Source: Clostridiales bacterium
GTDB lineage: Bacteria > Bacillota > Clostridia > Christensenellales > UBA1242
Length of the DNA stretch: 64,000 bases
Reading direction: 5' to 3'
Assembly (NCBI GenBank): GCA_015055665.1
Contig: SVHX01000001.1
Coordinates: 1,109-65,108 of the forward strand
The notes under the pieces are model-generated. The model did not search any database, was not told the origin of the DNA, and worked only from the letters and a program-made list of their open reading frames with translations. Positions 1 through 9,319 of this stretch are shown here, in pieces (position 1 is the first letter of the stretch; each line of letters opens with the position of its first letter). The translations under genes were made by a program, and so were the position numbers.

Positions 1-1
1 T

Positions 2-637
2 AAAGAATACTATTATTATGTTTGTTCAACCTTTAAAAAGGGTGGCCATAATGCTTGCACAAAACATTCAATACAAACAAATGTTGTGAAAGATGTTGTA
101 TTTGAGGTCTTAAAACAATATGTCAATGTTGCTTTGACAATGAATAACATAATTGACTTTATCAATCAAAGTAAAGAAAGAAATAGTCAAACTGACAAAT
201 TTGAGAAACAACTATCAGCAAAGCACAAAGAAAGAGATAAGGCAAGTAAAATGCTTGTTGATTTGTATCCAGACTTTAAGAATGGACTACTAAATCAAGA
301 CACATATTTAATGTTTAAGGCCAAATATGAACGAGAAATCTTATCAATCAATGAACAAATTGCAGAAATTGAGAATAGAATTGAGCAGATCAAAACTGGC
401 TTAACACAAGAAAATAGGTTTATTTCAAACTTTGTGAAATATCAAAATATTACAGAACTTACAAGAGATATGGTTGTTGAACTTATCAATAACATATACA
501 TCTATGAAGGTGGCAGAATTGAGGTCGAAGTCAAATTTAGAGATGAATACGAAACAGCATTAGAATACATTGAAATCAATAGACAGATCTATGTTGCTGA
601 ACAACAATTTAAACATGCGCAGGTTGCGGTTGTGTAG
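2..637 (+). CDS. Large serine recombinase, C-terminal part (5' end outside the window)
   Basis: The frame is open from nt 2 (KEYYYYVCSTFKKGGHNACTKHS...), upstream of the GTG used in the ORF track. The Cys-rich zinc-ribbon segment and the C-terminal tail (FVKYQNITELTRDMVVELINNIYIYEGGRIEVEVKF) are paralogous to the downstream recombinase (KYYFYCPTYKQSSAVCSKHS; FKKYKNFTTLTREMAVELIKKIKVFEDKRIEVELNF). Confidence 0.8.
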   Translation, partial: KEYYYYVCSTFKKGGHNACTKHSIQTNVVKDVVFEVLKQYVNVALTMNNIIDFINQSKERNSQTDKFEKQLSAKHKERDKASKMLVDLYPDFKNGLLNQDTYLMFKAKYEREILSINEQIAEIENRIEQIKTGLTQENRFISNFVKYQNITELTRDMVVELINNIYIYEGGRIEVEVKFRDEYETALEYIEINRQIYVAEQQFKHAQVAVV

Positions 638-644
638 GTGAAAT

Positions 645-2309
645 ATGGCAAGAACAAGTAGATATATAGATAGTTCCTTAGCGACCGAACACGCATATAA
701 AATATGGAAAACAGCGCTTTATATTAGATTGTCTAGGGAAGACGGTGATAAGGAAGAAAGTGAGAGTATTGTTTCACAAAGAGAAATGTTAATGAAGTAT
801 TTAAGTAATAAGATTGACCTAAGCTTATACAATCTTTACATTGATGATGGCTATTCTGGAACAACCTTTGATAGACCAGCATTTCAAAGATTACTTAACG
901 ATATTGGCGATAAGAAGGTTAATTGTGTTGTGGTAAAAGACCTTTCAAGATTTGGTAGAAACACAACAGAAACAAGTAGATATATTCAAATTGTATTCCC
1001 AATGTTAAATATAAGGTTTATATCAATCCTTGATAATGTTGACAGTTATGAAGACCCAAACTCTATCAATAATCTTGTTGTTCCTTTTAAAAATATCATG
1101 AATGAGGACTATGCAAGAGAAAACTCAAAGAAGGTAAGAACTGCAAGTGATACTTATAGGAAAAAAGGCAAGTTTATTGGAAGTTTTGCTTGTTATGGGT
1201 ATTTAAAAGACCCCGAAGATCATCACAAACTGATTGTGGATAATGAAGCGGCAGACAATGTAAGACTAATATTTGATTTGTATGTTGGGGGAATGACACC
1301 AACTTCTATTGCAAGAAAGCTGAATGAAATGGGTGTTTTAAGTCCTTGTGTCTATAAGCAATCAAAAGGTCTTAAATATCACAATCCAAGTCAAATCAAT
1401 AAAAATAGTTTATGGGCAGATACTACTGTTAGAACTATGTTGAACAACGAAGCTTATATAGGAAGTGTTGTTCAAGGCACCAAAAGAAAGGTGAGTTATA
1501 AATGCAACAAATTCATAACTATACCGAAAGAACATAGAATTACAGTTCAAAACATGCACGAGCCAATAATATCAAAAGAGGTTTTTGAACAAGCACAATC
1601 AATCCTACAAGAAAGGACAAAACAATACTTTGGAACAAACAAAAGAAATGAAGATAGAATTTTGTCAGGTTTGGTTGTTTGTGGTGATTGTAATCATAAT
1701 ATGCGAGTATCAGTCGCAAGTAGTGTAAACCTTAAAGGAAAATATTATTTCTATTGTCCTACATACAAACAATCAAGTGCAGTATGTAGTAAACACTCAA
1801 CTAGAAATGATATATTAGAAACGATAGTATTTGAAGTCTTAAAACAATATGTGTTATTGGCAGTTGATTATGATGAGGTCATTAAGTCATTAGATAAGAA
1901 AAAACCAACTATTATAAAAGATACCAATGATATGATTAAGGAAAAGAAAATTAAAGAACGACAATCCTTAAATCGAACATTAAGTATGTTGTATATGCAA
2001 TATAAGAATGAGAGCATATCTCACGATCAATATCTTGCAGATAAAACTAAGATAGAAGATAAGGTAAAACAACTTGACAATGAGATTATAACTATTTCGC
2101 AAAAAACAAATAATAATGTGTTAAACACACATAATAACTTTGTTAGCACGTTCAAGAAATATAAGAACTTTACAACACTAACCAGAGAAATGGCTGTTGA
2201 ACTTATAAAGAAAATTAAAGTCTTTGAAGATAAAAGAATTGAAGTAGAACTTAATTTTCAAGACGAATTTGAACTTGCTGTCAAATATTTGGAAAGCGAA
2301 TTGCGATAA
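645..2309 (+). CDS. Large serine recombinase (resolvase catalytic domain, recombinase domain, zinc ribbon and coiled-coil / DUF4368-like tail)
   Basis: The N-terminal ALYIRLSREDGD carries the catalytic Ser motif, followed by VVVKDLSRFGRN. The central recombinase domain is followed by a Cys cluster (CGDC...CPTYK...C). An AGGTGA Shine-Dalgarno lies just upstream of the ATG. Confidence 0.9.
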   Translation: MARTSRYIDSSLATEHAYKIWKTALYIRLSREDGDKEESESIVSQREMLMKYLSNKIDLSLYNLYIDDGYSGTTFDRPAFQRLLNDIGDKKVNCVVVKDLSRFGRNTTETSRYIQIVFPMLNIRFISILDNVDSYEDPNSINNLVVPFKNIMNEDYARENSKKVRTASDTYRKKGKFIGSFACYGYLKDPEDHHKLIVDNEAADNVRLIFDLYVGGMTPTSIARKLNEMGVLSPCVYKQSKGLKYHNPSQINKNSLWADTTVRTMLNNEAYIGSVVQGTKRKVSYKCNKFITIPKEHRITVQNMHEPIISKEVFEQAQSILQERTKQYFGTNKRNEDRILSGLVVCGDCNHNMRVSVASSVNLKGKYYFYCPTYKQSSAVCSKHSTRNDILETIVFEVLKQYVLLAVDYDEVIKSLDKKKPTIIKDTNDMIKEKKIKERQSLNRTLSMLYMQYKNESISHDQYLADKTKIEDKVKQLDNEIITISQKTNNNVLNTHNNFVSTFKKYKNFTTLTREMAVELIKKIKVFEDKRIEVELNFQDEFELAVKYLESELR

Positions 2310-2397
2310 GAAATAAGTATAAAACCTTACAAAAATCGCAATTTCGCACCAAAATTTGCGAAATAGTTATATTTTTTTAAAAATTTATGGTCCATAG

Positions 2398-2802
2398 TTG
2401 ACAATGGCACCAGCTGCAATGAGTACATTGGTGGCGCACTTTAGGGATACTAGGACAACTCCTGATGATTATGATTTGATTTTAACCGGCGATCTTGGGA
2501 AGCTAGGAAGTGAAATCTTGCTTGATCTTATGGAACACGAAGGTGTTAAGCTGAAAGAAAATTATAATGATTGTGGACACATGATGTTTAATAATAACCA
2601 AAAGACATATCAGGGAGGTAGTGGGGCTGGTTGTAGTGCTGTAATACTGAATTCATATGTGGTAAAAAAGATGGATGAAGGAAAGTTTAAAAGGGTATTG
2701 TTTGCTCCTACAGGTGCTCTTCTGAGCACAACTAGTAGTCAGCAAGGGGAAACCATACCTGGAATTTGTCATGCTATTGAATTAAGGAGAGTTGATGATT
2801 AA
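2398..2802 (+). pseudogene. spoVAD: spoVAD 3' segment (C-terminal ~134 codons of stage V sporulation protein AD); the gene is split by the upstream element
   Basis: MAPAAMSTLVAHFRDTRTTPDDYDLILTGDLGKLGS...GGSGAGCSAV...APTGALLS matches the C-terminal third of B. subtilis SpoVAD (recalled: GSAMAPAAADT...RTPDDYDLILTGDL...GGSGCACSAV...ATGALLS). The TTG at 2398 is only the first possible codon after a stop, not a credible start. Confidence 0.85.
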
Positions 2803-3167
2803 TGTGGTTGATGTATCTAAAGGTGTTTCTTGTTGGTGGATTTATATGTATGTTGGGGCAGTTGTTGATAATTAAGACCAATATGACCAGTTCAAGAATA
2901 CTAGTGTTGTTTGTTAGCATAGGTGCGATTATGGAGGCGTTTGGTTTATATGATCCGATTGTGAATTTTGCATCTGCGGGGGCAACCGTTCCAATAACGG
3001 GGTTTGGAAGGAGCTTGGCAAAAGGTGCAATAGAGGCTGTTAAAGAGAAGGGGTTGCTAGGTGTTCTTACTGGTGGGTTAACTGCAACCGCTGGAGGTAT
3101 TGCTGCGGCCGTTGCATTTGCGTATTTAATGGCTCTAATCTTTAATAGTAAAACAAAAAAATATTGA
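2802..3167 (+). CDS. spoVAE: Stage V sporulation protein AE (SpoVAEB-type; SpoVAC/SpoVAEB family membrane protein)
   Basis: FLVGGFICMLGQLL...AGATVPITGFG...GVLTGGL is typical of SpoVAEB. Its ATG overlaps the spoVAD stop (TAATG), indicating translational coupling. Confidence 0.9.
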   Translation: MWLMYLKVFLVGGFICMLGQLLIIKTNMTSSRILVLFVSIGAIMEAFGLYDPIVNFASAGATVPITGFGRSLAKGAIEAVKEKGLLGVLTGGLTATAGGIAAAVAFAYLMALIFNSKTKKY

Positions 3168-3266
3168 TAAATATAAGTAAAATGTTATAAATATGCAAAT
3201 AAAATTCCATCCTCTAAACAATATGATGTTAATCATAATAAGGGTAATAAATTAATATATTATTAT

Positions 3267-3953
3267 GTGGGACAGTTATGTGGATTAACCAATATTGCAA
3301 AAAAGTTTTTTGGGTCTAAAAAGAAATTTTTAGGCTTTTTGTCTATACTTATAACAGTTGTGGTAATATTTATAATATTTTCGTATATGGTTAATCCTGT
3401 AATAATGGATACTGTTGAAATTAAGTCTAGAGCACTTGCTACAAGGGCTATGAATAGTTCTGTGGCAGATGTTGTGATGAGCTCAATAATTTATGATGAT
3501 CTTGTTACAATTGTAAGTGATGACTTTGGTAATATTTCTATGATTCAAGCCAATTCTTTGGCAATAAATAACTTGAGCAAGGATTTGGCTCAAACATGCG
3601 AAGAGCGGATTTCTGAGTATGGCAAGGCTGGAGTGTCTGTTCCTTTAGGTACATTTACTGGGATACCGCTTTTTGTAGGTAGAGGGCCAAGAGTTTCAGT
3701 TAAAATGACGCCTATCGGGTCAGTGGTTTGTAAGTTTGTATCTCATTTTGAAACTGCTGGAATTAACCAAACAGTACATAAAATTTATGTTAATGTTAAT
3801 GCAAAGGTTAGTGTTATTATGCCGTTGAGTAGTAGGAGTTTGGAGGCGACTCAGCAGGTCTTGATAAGCGAAAGTGTTATAGTTGGACAAGTACCAGAAG
3901 TTTATTTGCAGTCTGATACGCTTGATACGTTGCTTAACTTTGTTCCATATTGA
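3267..3953 (+). CDS. yunB: Sporulation protein YunB
   Basis: It has an N-terminal TM helix followed by the YunB signature region (VPLGTFTGIPLFVGRGPRVSVKMTPIGSV...FETAGINQTVHKIYVNV...ESVIVGQVPEVY). The start codon (GTG 3267) is uncertain. Confidence 0.8.
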   Translation: MGQLCGLTNIAKKFFGSKKKFLGFLSILITVVVIFIIFSYMVNPVIMDTVEIKSRALATRAMNSSVADVVMSSIIYDDLVTIVSDDFGNISMIQANSLAINNLSKDLAQTCEERISEYGKAGVSVPLGTFTGIPLFVGRGPRVSVKMTPIGSVVCKFVSHFETAGINQTVHKIYVNVNAKVSVIMPLSSRSLEATQQVLISESVIVGQVPEVYLQSDTLDTLLNFVPY

Positions 3954-4187
3954 TGAATAATTATGAAAATGCATAAATATGTGACGTAATGTATAAGAAT
4001 ACGCAAGAACGAATAAATATACAAAATTGGCTTGAGTGGCAACTGTTTTTAAGTTTTGCATAATACTTTGCAATGAGTGTTTGTTTAAACTAAAATAAGT
4101 TCTACAAAATCAAAAATAAACTTTGTCTGATTGTCTTGAAAAATATAGTAATATATGCTAATATAATAGTGTATTTAGGAGATTATT

Positions 4188-5312
4188 ATGTTTTTTGACA
4201 ATGCGAGTACTACAAAAATAGATGTAGACATTTTGTCTGCAAGTGTAGAGACAAATAATGAGCTTTTTTATAATCCAGGTGGATTGTATAGTTCTGGAAG
4301 AAAGGTAAGAGGTGTGATCGATAAGTGCCGAGAAGATATTTTAAACGCTCTAAATTTTCAAGGCAAAATTGTTTTTACTGGCTCTGCGACAGAAGCTAAT
4401 AATTTGGCTTTATTTGGCTCTGCGAGGAAGAATTTTAAGGTCCTTATTTCTATGGGTGAGCATCCAAGTGTTTATAATTCAGCACTAGAATTAAAAGCTA
4501 GAGGATATGATGTTGATTTTATCAAACTGCTACCAGACGGAACTGTTGATATTGGTGATTTTGAATTAAAGATGAGTAAATCAGTGGGGCTTGTATCAAT
4601 AATGCATGTTAGCAATGAAACGGGTGCAATTAACGATATTGCTAAACTTGTAGATATTGCTAAGTCTGTTAATCCTAATGTTATATTCCATTGTGATGGT
4701 GTACAAGCTGTCGGTAAGATTGAGGTTGATCTGGATTTGCTAGGTGTTGATATGTATACTGTATCCGCTCATAAAATTCATGGCATGAAGGGTGTCGGTG
4801 CTTTACTTTATAATTCAAGGTTGCAGCTTAAGCCAATAGTATTTGGCGGTGGACAGGAAAGTGGATTGCGAAGTGGTACAGAAAATTTAATTGCAATTAA
4901 GAGCTTGTCTGAAGCTGTTGTGAAAGCTGTTGCCAATCAGAAAAACAATTATAACCATGTAAAGGCTCTTAGGGATAGGTTTGTTGAGTTGCTTAGTGAG
5001 TCTGTCATTGAGTATCAACAGTTCTCAGGTGATTCATATTCGCCGTATATAGTGTCGTTTGGTGTTAAGAATTGTAGGGCGGAAACTATTCTTAATATGT
5101 TAAGCGATCGCGGTGTCATGGTTGGTAATGGCTCGGCGTGTTCGTCTAGCAAATCGGGTAATCGCATATTAGAATCAATGGGGGTTGCTAAGCAATTTAT
5201 TGAGGGTAATATTCGTGTTAGCTTTTCTAAAATCAATACGATTGATGAGGTGGAAAAGTTTGTGTCTGTATTGCTTGAGGTTGTTAAGCTGTATTTAGAT
5301 AAAGCAAGGTAA
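4188..5312 (+). CDS. Cysteine desulfurase (class V aminotransferase, NifS/IscS/NifZ-like), partner of ThiI
   Basis: The PLP-lysine motif is SAHKIHGMKGVGALLY, GGGQESGLRSGTEN is present, and the active-site Cys loop is GNGSACSS. An AGGAG RBS precedes the start, and the gene lies immediately upstream of thiI. Confidence 0.9.
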   Translation: MFFDNASTTKIDVDILSASVETNNELFYNPGGLYSSGRKVRGVIDKCREDILNALNFQGKIVFTGSATEANNLALFGSARKNFKVLISMGEHPSVYNSALELKARGYDVDFIKLLPDGTVDIGDFELKMSKSVGLVSIMHVSNETGAINDIAKLVDIAKSVNPNVIFHCDGVQAVGKIEVDLDLLGVDMYTVSAHKIHGMKGVGALLYNSRLQLKPIVFGGGQESGLRSGTENLIAIKSLSEAVVKAVANQKNNYNHVKALRDRFVELLSESVIEYQQFSGDSYSPYIVSFGVKNCRAETILNMLSDRGVMVGNGSACSSSKSGNRILESMGVAKQFIEGNIRVSFSKINTIDEVEKFVSVLLEVVKLYLDKAR

Positions 5313-5386
5313 GTGGTAGAAAATTGCAATTATTTGTCATAAACCATATTGTTTATGGCAGTAAATCTATATCAAAGGAGAAAGAT

Positions 5387-6541
5387 ATGCAAAGAGTAAT
5401 TATAATTAGGTACGGAGAGATTTTTCTTAAGGGAAAGAATTTTTCTTTCTTTGAGAACAAGTTGATTGATAATATTATGTCTGTATTGGACGGCATGGAG
5501 TGTAATTTTAATCGACTTAACAAAAGGTTTTTTATTTCTGATTATGAAGAACGAAATGAGAAAAAAATTATTGCTGCACTAAAATGTGTGTTTGGTATTC
5601 ACTCTATCAGTCCTGCAATAATGGTTGAGAGTACAGAAGAGTCGATTAATAGTTATGTGTCTGGGCTGAAGATTAAGTCGGGTAGCTTTAGAGTTTCGGT
5701 TAATAGGGCAGACAAAAGGTTTCCAATAACATCAATGGAGTATGGTGCTAAGCTGGGTGGGTTGATACTTAAGAACAATCCTGGTATACGTGTTGATCTA
5801 CATAATCCTGATATCGAGGTGTGTGTTGATATTAGAGAAAACAATTCCACCTTTGTGTATCACGAAGTAATCAAGGCTTCTGGTGGTATGCCTGTTGGAA
5901 CTAGTGGTAGTGGGTTGCTCCTTTTGTCGGGTGGTATTGATAGTCCGGTTGCAGGATATATGATGGCAAGGCGTGGTATGCCAATTGCTGCATTGCATTT
6001 TCATAGTTATCCATACACTAGCGAAGATGCCAAAAATAAGGTTATAGATCTTGCCAAAATTATTAGTAAGTATACTGGGCATTTTAGATTGTATGTGTGT
6101 TCCTTTACGGAAATTCAAGAGTCAATACACAAGCATTGTAATAGTGAGTTTATGATTACTATTATGCGTAGAATAATGTATAGGATTGCTGAAAGAATTG
6201 CAAAAGATAATCATATTGGAGCTATAATAACTGGGGAAAACCTTGGTCAAGTTGCTAGTCAAACAGTAGAGAGTATGACCTGTACAAATGATGTTGTTGA
6301 TGATTTACCTATATTTAGGCCTTTAATAGCTTTTGACAAAGAAGATATTACGAAGATTGCTATGGATATTGGTAGCTATGAAACTTCAATACTGCCTTAT
6401 GAGGATTGTTGTACCGTTTTTCTTCCTAAGCATCCTGTAATTAAACCAAAGATAGAAAAGTGTGTAAAGGAAGAATCGAAACTAGATATAGGGGGACTCA
6501 TTACGAGTGCTATGCAAAACTTAGAAATTATTGATATTTAG
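5387..6541 (+). CDS. thiI: tRNA 4-thiouridine(8) synthase ThiI
   Basis: It has the ferredoxin-like/THUMP N-terminus and the PP-loop motif LLLSGGIDSPVAGY. I chose the ATG at 5387 (MQRVIIIRYGEIFLKGKN), which is preceded by AAAGGAG, rather than the ORF-track start at 5324. Confidence 0.9.
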   Translation: MQRVIIIRYGEIFLKGKNFSFFENKLIDNIMSVLDGMECNFNRLNKRFFISDYEERNEKKIIAALKCVFGIHSISPAIMVESTEESINSYVSGLKIKSGSFRVSVNRADKRFPITSMEYGAKLGGLILKNNPGIRVDLHNPDIEVCVDIRENNSTFVYHEVIKASGGMPVGTSGSGLLLLSGGIDSPVAGYMMARRGMPIAALHFHSYPYTSEDAKNKVIDLAKIISKYTGHFRLYVCSFTEIQESIHKHCNSEFMITIMRRIMYRIAERIAKDNHIGAIITGENLGQVASQTVESMTCTNDVVDDLPIFRPLIAFDKEDITKIAMDIGSYETSILPYEDCCTVFLPKHPVIKPKIEKCVKEESKLDIGGLITSAMQNLEIIDI

Positions 6542-6557
6542 ATATATTTTGTTATTA

Positions 6558-6592
6558 AAGACTTGGTGACTGTGGTCATTGAGTCTTTTTTT
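6558..6592 (+). terminator. Rho-independent terminator after thiI
   Basis: The hairpin is GACTTGGTGAC-TGTG-GTCATTGAGTC (includes G-U pairs), followed by a T7 run. Confidence 0.6.
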
Positions 6593-6657
6593 GGTGGGTA
6601 ATAGGTTGTCAAATTGTGTCAAATAAAAAATTGTAAATAAATTTTTGTAAAATATAT

Positions 6658-6687
6658 TTGACAAAGTGTATATATGTAATTTATAAT
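6658..6687 (+). promoter_or_regulatory. SigA-type promoter for rny (TTGACA, 17-18 nt spacer, TATAAT)
   Basis: TTGACA is at 6658-6663 and TATAAT at 6682-6687, which leaves a ~130-nt leader before the rny ATG. Confidence 0.55.
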
Positions 6688-6821
6688 AAAATTGTATAAT
6701 ACATACAATAGTGTATTTTGATTACGGTGTCTATAGTATAATTTTCTATTGTGGGCATCTATAAAAGGGGATTTACATTAATTTTTATTATATAAATTAT
6801 TTTTTAAAATAGGAGAGAACA

Positions 6822-8411
6822 ATGATAAACATGAACTTATTGCTCATGCCTGCTATTGTTCCTGGTTTGCTAGGTGCTCTTATAGGTATCGCTGCTGCTA
6901 TACCAAGCACATTTCTAGTAATTCGTGCTATTCAGAAGAATAAGGCTGACAAGGATACTGCTAAGGCCAAGACTATACTTGATGAGGCAAAGCTTGAAGC
7001 CAAGAATCTTAAGAAGGAAGCTGTTCTTGAGGCCAAAGAAGAGACTTTGAGGATAACTAGCGAGTGCGAACAGGAAGTAAAAAATAGAAGAGCTGAGATT
7101 CAGAAAGCTGAGAATAGAATAAGTCAGCGTGAAGAATTCCTTGATAAGAAGGAAGAGTCTATTGAGAAGAAAAATGAGGCTTTGGATAAGGCAAAAAGCG
7201 ATCTTGAAGCCAAAGAACAAGATTTGCAGAAGCGTATTGCTGAGCAAGATAAGGTAGATGCTCAGATGACTGCTGAGCTAGAGAGAATTTCGAAATTATC
7301 CAAAGATGAAGCTAAAAAAGAGCTTATTGCAAAATATGAAGATGAGGCAAAAAAGGATGCTGCAATCCTAATTAGAGAGATTGAATCTAATGCTAGAGAT
7401 GAAGCAGATAAGAAGGCTAAAGAAATTGTAACTCTAGCTATTCAGAAGACTGCTGTAGATCATACCAGTGAAGTTACCGTATCTACCGTTGATCTTCCTA
7501 ATGATGAGGTTAAAGGTAGGATTATTGGTAGAGAGGGTAGAAATATCCGTGCACTAGAATCTGCTACTGGTGTAGATCTTATTATTGATGATACGCCTGA
7601 GGCTGTAGTAATTTCTTCGTTTGATCCAGTTAGGCGTGAGATTGCTAGAATTTCGCTTGAAAAACTTATTCTTGACGGTCGTATCCATCCTGCAAGAATC
7701 GAAGAAATGGTAGAAAAGGTTACCAAAGATATTGAAACAACTATCAAAGAAGAAGGTGAGGCTGCTGTATTTGATGCTGGTATTCATGGTATGCATCCAG
7801 AGCTTATTAAACTACTTGGTAGGTTAAAGTATAGAACAAGTTATGGTCAAAATGTCTTAAAACATAGTTTAGAGGTATCTTATTTGGCTGGACTTATGGC
7901 ATCTGAGCTGGGAGCTAATGTACAAGTTGCTAAGAGAGGTGGTTTACTCCATGATATTGGTAAAGCTATAGACCACGAAACAGAAGGAACTCATATTAGT
8001 ATTGGCGTGGATGTTGCTACCAAGTATAAGGAAAGTAAAGATGTAATACACTGTATTGCTGCGCATCATGGTGGTGTGGAGTACGAGAGTCTAGAGGCAA
8101 TCTTGGTTCAGACTGCTGATGCTATATCTAGCTCGCGACCTGGTGCGAGAAGAGAGTCTCTTGAAGCGTACATTAAGCGTCTTACACAACTAGAAGAGAT
8201 TGCTAATGGATTTAAGGGTGTAGATACTAGTTTCGCTATTCAAGCGGGTAGAGAGATTAGAATTATTGTAAAACCTGAAGAAGTGTCTGATGAACAAGCT
8301 TTATTTATGGCTAAAGATATTGCTAAGAAAATTGAGAAGGAGATGGAGTATCCTGGTCAAATTAAGGTTAATGTCATTAGAGAAACTCGTAATGTAGATT
8401 ACGCAAAATAA
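6822..8411 (+). CDS. rny: Ribonuclease Y
   Basis: It has an N-terminal TM helix, a long K/E-rich coiled coil, a KH domain ([26 protein letters not shown]) and an HD domain (LLHDIGKA...AAHHG). An AGGAGAG RBS precedes the start. Confidence 0.95.
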   Translation: MINMNLLLMPAIVPGLLGALIGIAAAIPSTFLVIRAIQKNKADKDTAKAKTILDEAKLEAKNLKKEAVLEAKEETLRITSECEQEVKNRRAEIQKAENRISQREEFLDKKEESIEKKNEALDKAKSDLEAKEQDLQKRIAEQDKVDAQMTAELERISKLSKDEAKKELIAKYEDEAKKDAAILIREIESNARDEADKKAKEIVTLAIQKTAVDHTSEVTVSTVDLPNDEVKGRIIGREGRNIRALESATGVDLIIDDTPEAVVISSFDPVRREIARISLEKLILDGRIHPARIEEMVEKVTKDIETTIKEEGEAAVFDAGIHGMHPELIKLLGRLKYRTSYGQNVLKHSLEVSYLAGLMASELGANVQVAKRGGLLHDIGKAIDHETEGTHISIGVDVATKYKESKDVIHCIAAHHGGVEYESLEAILVQTADAISSSRPGARRESLEAYIKRLTQLEEIANGFKGVDTSFAIQAGREIRIIVKPEEVSDEQALFMAKDIAKKIEKEMEYPGQIKVNVIRETRNVDYAK

Positions 8412-8413
8412 TA

Positions 8414-8442
8414 AAAATCCCGTCTAATTAGGCGGGTTTTTG
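8414..8442 (+). terminator. Rho-independent terminator after rny
   Basis: The hairpin is CCCGTC-TAATTA-GGCGGG, flanked by an A-run and followed by TTTTT. Confidence 0.7.
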
Positions 8443-8461
8443 TTGGGTAGAGAGGTGGATA

Positions 8462-8908
8462 ATGAAGCATGTGGATTTGTATACGGATGGTGCTTGTAGT
8501 GGCAATCCTGGTAAGGGTGGCTATGGGGGTATTTTAATGTATAATGGGCATAGCAAAGAGTATAGTGGTTATGATCCAATGACAACCAATAATCGTATGG
8601 AGCTTACAGCGGTGATTGTGGGGCTGCGTATGCTAAAAGAACCTGTGGAAATTAATATTTATTCGGACAGTGCTTATACTGTTAATGCCTTTCTTGAGGG
8701 GTGGATTGATAATTGGATTCTTAAAGGTTGGCGGACTGCTGGCAAAAAGCCAGTTCAGAACGTAGAGCTTTGGCAAGAACTTTTGGAACTTATAAAGCCA
8801 CATAATGTGACTTGGGTCAAGGTCAAGGGGCATGCAGATAACGTATATAACAATCGTTGTGACGCTCTTGCTACAGGTGAGGTTGCTAAACACATGGCTG
8901 ACGTATAA
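8462..8908 (+). CDS. rnhA: Ribonuclease HI
   Basis: LYTDGACSGNPGKGGYG...NNRMEL...IYSDSAY...VKGHADNVYNNRCDALA gives the DEDD catalytic pattern of RNase H type 1. Confidence 0.9.
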   Translation: MKHVDLYTDGACSGNPGKGGYGGILMYNGHSKEYSGYDPMTTNNRMELTAVIVGLRMLKEPVEINIYSDSAYTVNAFLEGWIDNWILKGWRTAGKKPVQNVELWQELLELIKPHNVTWVKVKGHADNVYNNRCDALATGEVAKHMADV

Positions 8909-9040
8909 CTGTATTTTTATCCAAGATTATAAATAAATATACAGGCTTTGGCTCTTTGATATGAGTGAATACGTGTGTTAAATTGAAGGCAAGTGCTAAC
9001 GGTCTAATATATAAATTATCTAGATTTTCATAATAATCAC

Positions 9041-9069
9041 TTGACAAGCTGGATTAATTAAGGTAAAAT
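9041..9069 (+). promoter_or_regulatory. SigA-type promoter for tRNA-Trp (TTGACA, 17 nt spacer, TAAAAT)
   Basis: TTGACA is at 9041-9046 and TAAAAT at 9064-9069, about 20 nt upstream of the tRNA 5' end. Confidence 0.6.
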
Positions 9070-9090
9070 ACCTAAGTTAATCTAGTACAT

Positions 9091-9165
9091 AGGGGTGTGG
9101 CTCAATGGTAGAGTAGCGGTCTCCAAAACCGTCGGTTGTGGGTTCGAGTCCTACCACCCCTGCCA
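9091..9165 (+). tRNA. trnW: tRNA-Trp (anticodon CCA), with encoded 3' CCA
   Basis: The acceptor stem is AGGGGTG/CACCCCT. The D-arm is GCTCAATGGTAGAGT, the anticodon loop CT-CCA-AA, the T-arm GTGGG-TTCGAGT-CCTAC, the discriminator G, and CCA is encoded. Confidence 0.9.
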
Positions 9166-9172
9166 AACTAAT

Positions 9173-9210
9173 AGCAACAAATTCGAAAATGAATTTGTTG
9201 CTTTGTTATT
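9173..9210 (+). terminator. Rho-independent terminator after tRNA-Trp
   Basis: A perfect 12-bp stem AGCAACAAATTC-GAAAAT-GAATTTGTTGCT is followed by a T-rich tract. Confidence 0.8.
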
Positions 9211-9319
9211 TATGCAGGGTAGGACTTGCAGACTTTGTCTGCCGACAACTTAGTTGTCGCAAACCCACAACTGTGGTGTATTCGGGAACCCTACCCGAAG
9301 ATTGACGCTACGCTTAATG

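Larger units (their letters stand above)
1..2397. mobile_element. Right end of an integrated element (prophage / ICE / skin-like intervening element) carrying two tandem large serine recombinase genes, inserted inside spoVAD; the left end lies outside the window
   Basis: Recombinase genes fill 2-2309. SpoVAD-like translation starts abruptly at ~2401 (TMAPAAM...) directly after an in-frame TAG (2395-2397), and nothing SpoVAD-like is encoded upstream. An 8-bp inverted repeat ATTTCGCA/TGCGAAAT (2341-2348 / 2357-2364) lies between the recombinase stop and the junction. Confidence 0.6.

Noticed and set aside
2398-2400. The TTG start given by the ORF track for the spoVAD fragment.
   Set aside because: It is simply the first permissible codon after an in-frame TAG. 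Homology to SpoVAD starts mid-protein, so this is a gene fragment rather than a short independent gene.
3720-4073. A 117-aa minus-strand ORF overlapping the yunB 3' end and the downstream spacer. Similar shadow ORFs are 5015-5329, 5653-6118, 6915-7247, 7460-7796 and 8633-8893.
   Set aside because: All are antisense to, or overlap, well-supported conserved genes. They have odd composition and no recognisable motifs.
9217-9296. Read the 80-nt three-hairpin unit as a suppressor tRNA. The middle hairpin can be drawn as a 5-bp stem with a 7-nt loop ACTTAGT, giving anticodon UUA.
   Set aside because: It lacks U33, conserved D-loop GG, a T-loop TTCRA and correct junction lengths, and there is no CCA or discriminator context after the closing stem. 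I kept it only as a generic structured-RNA candidate.
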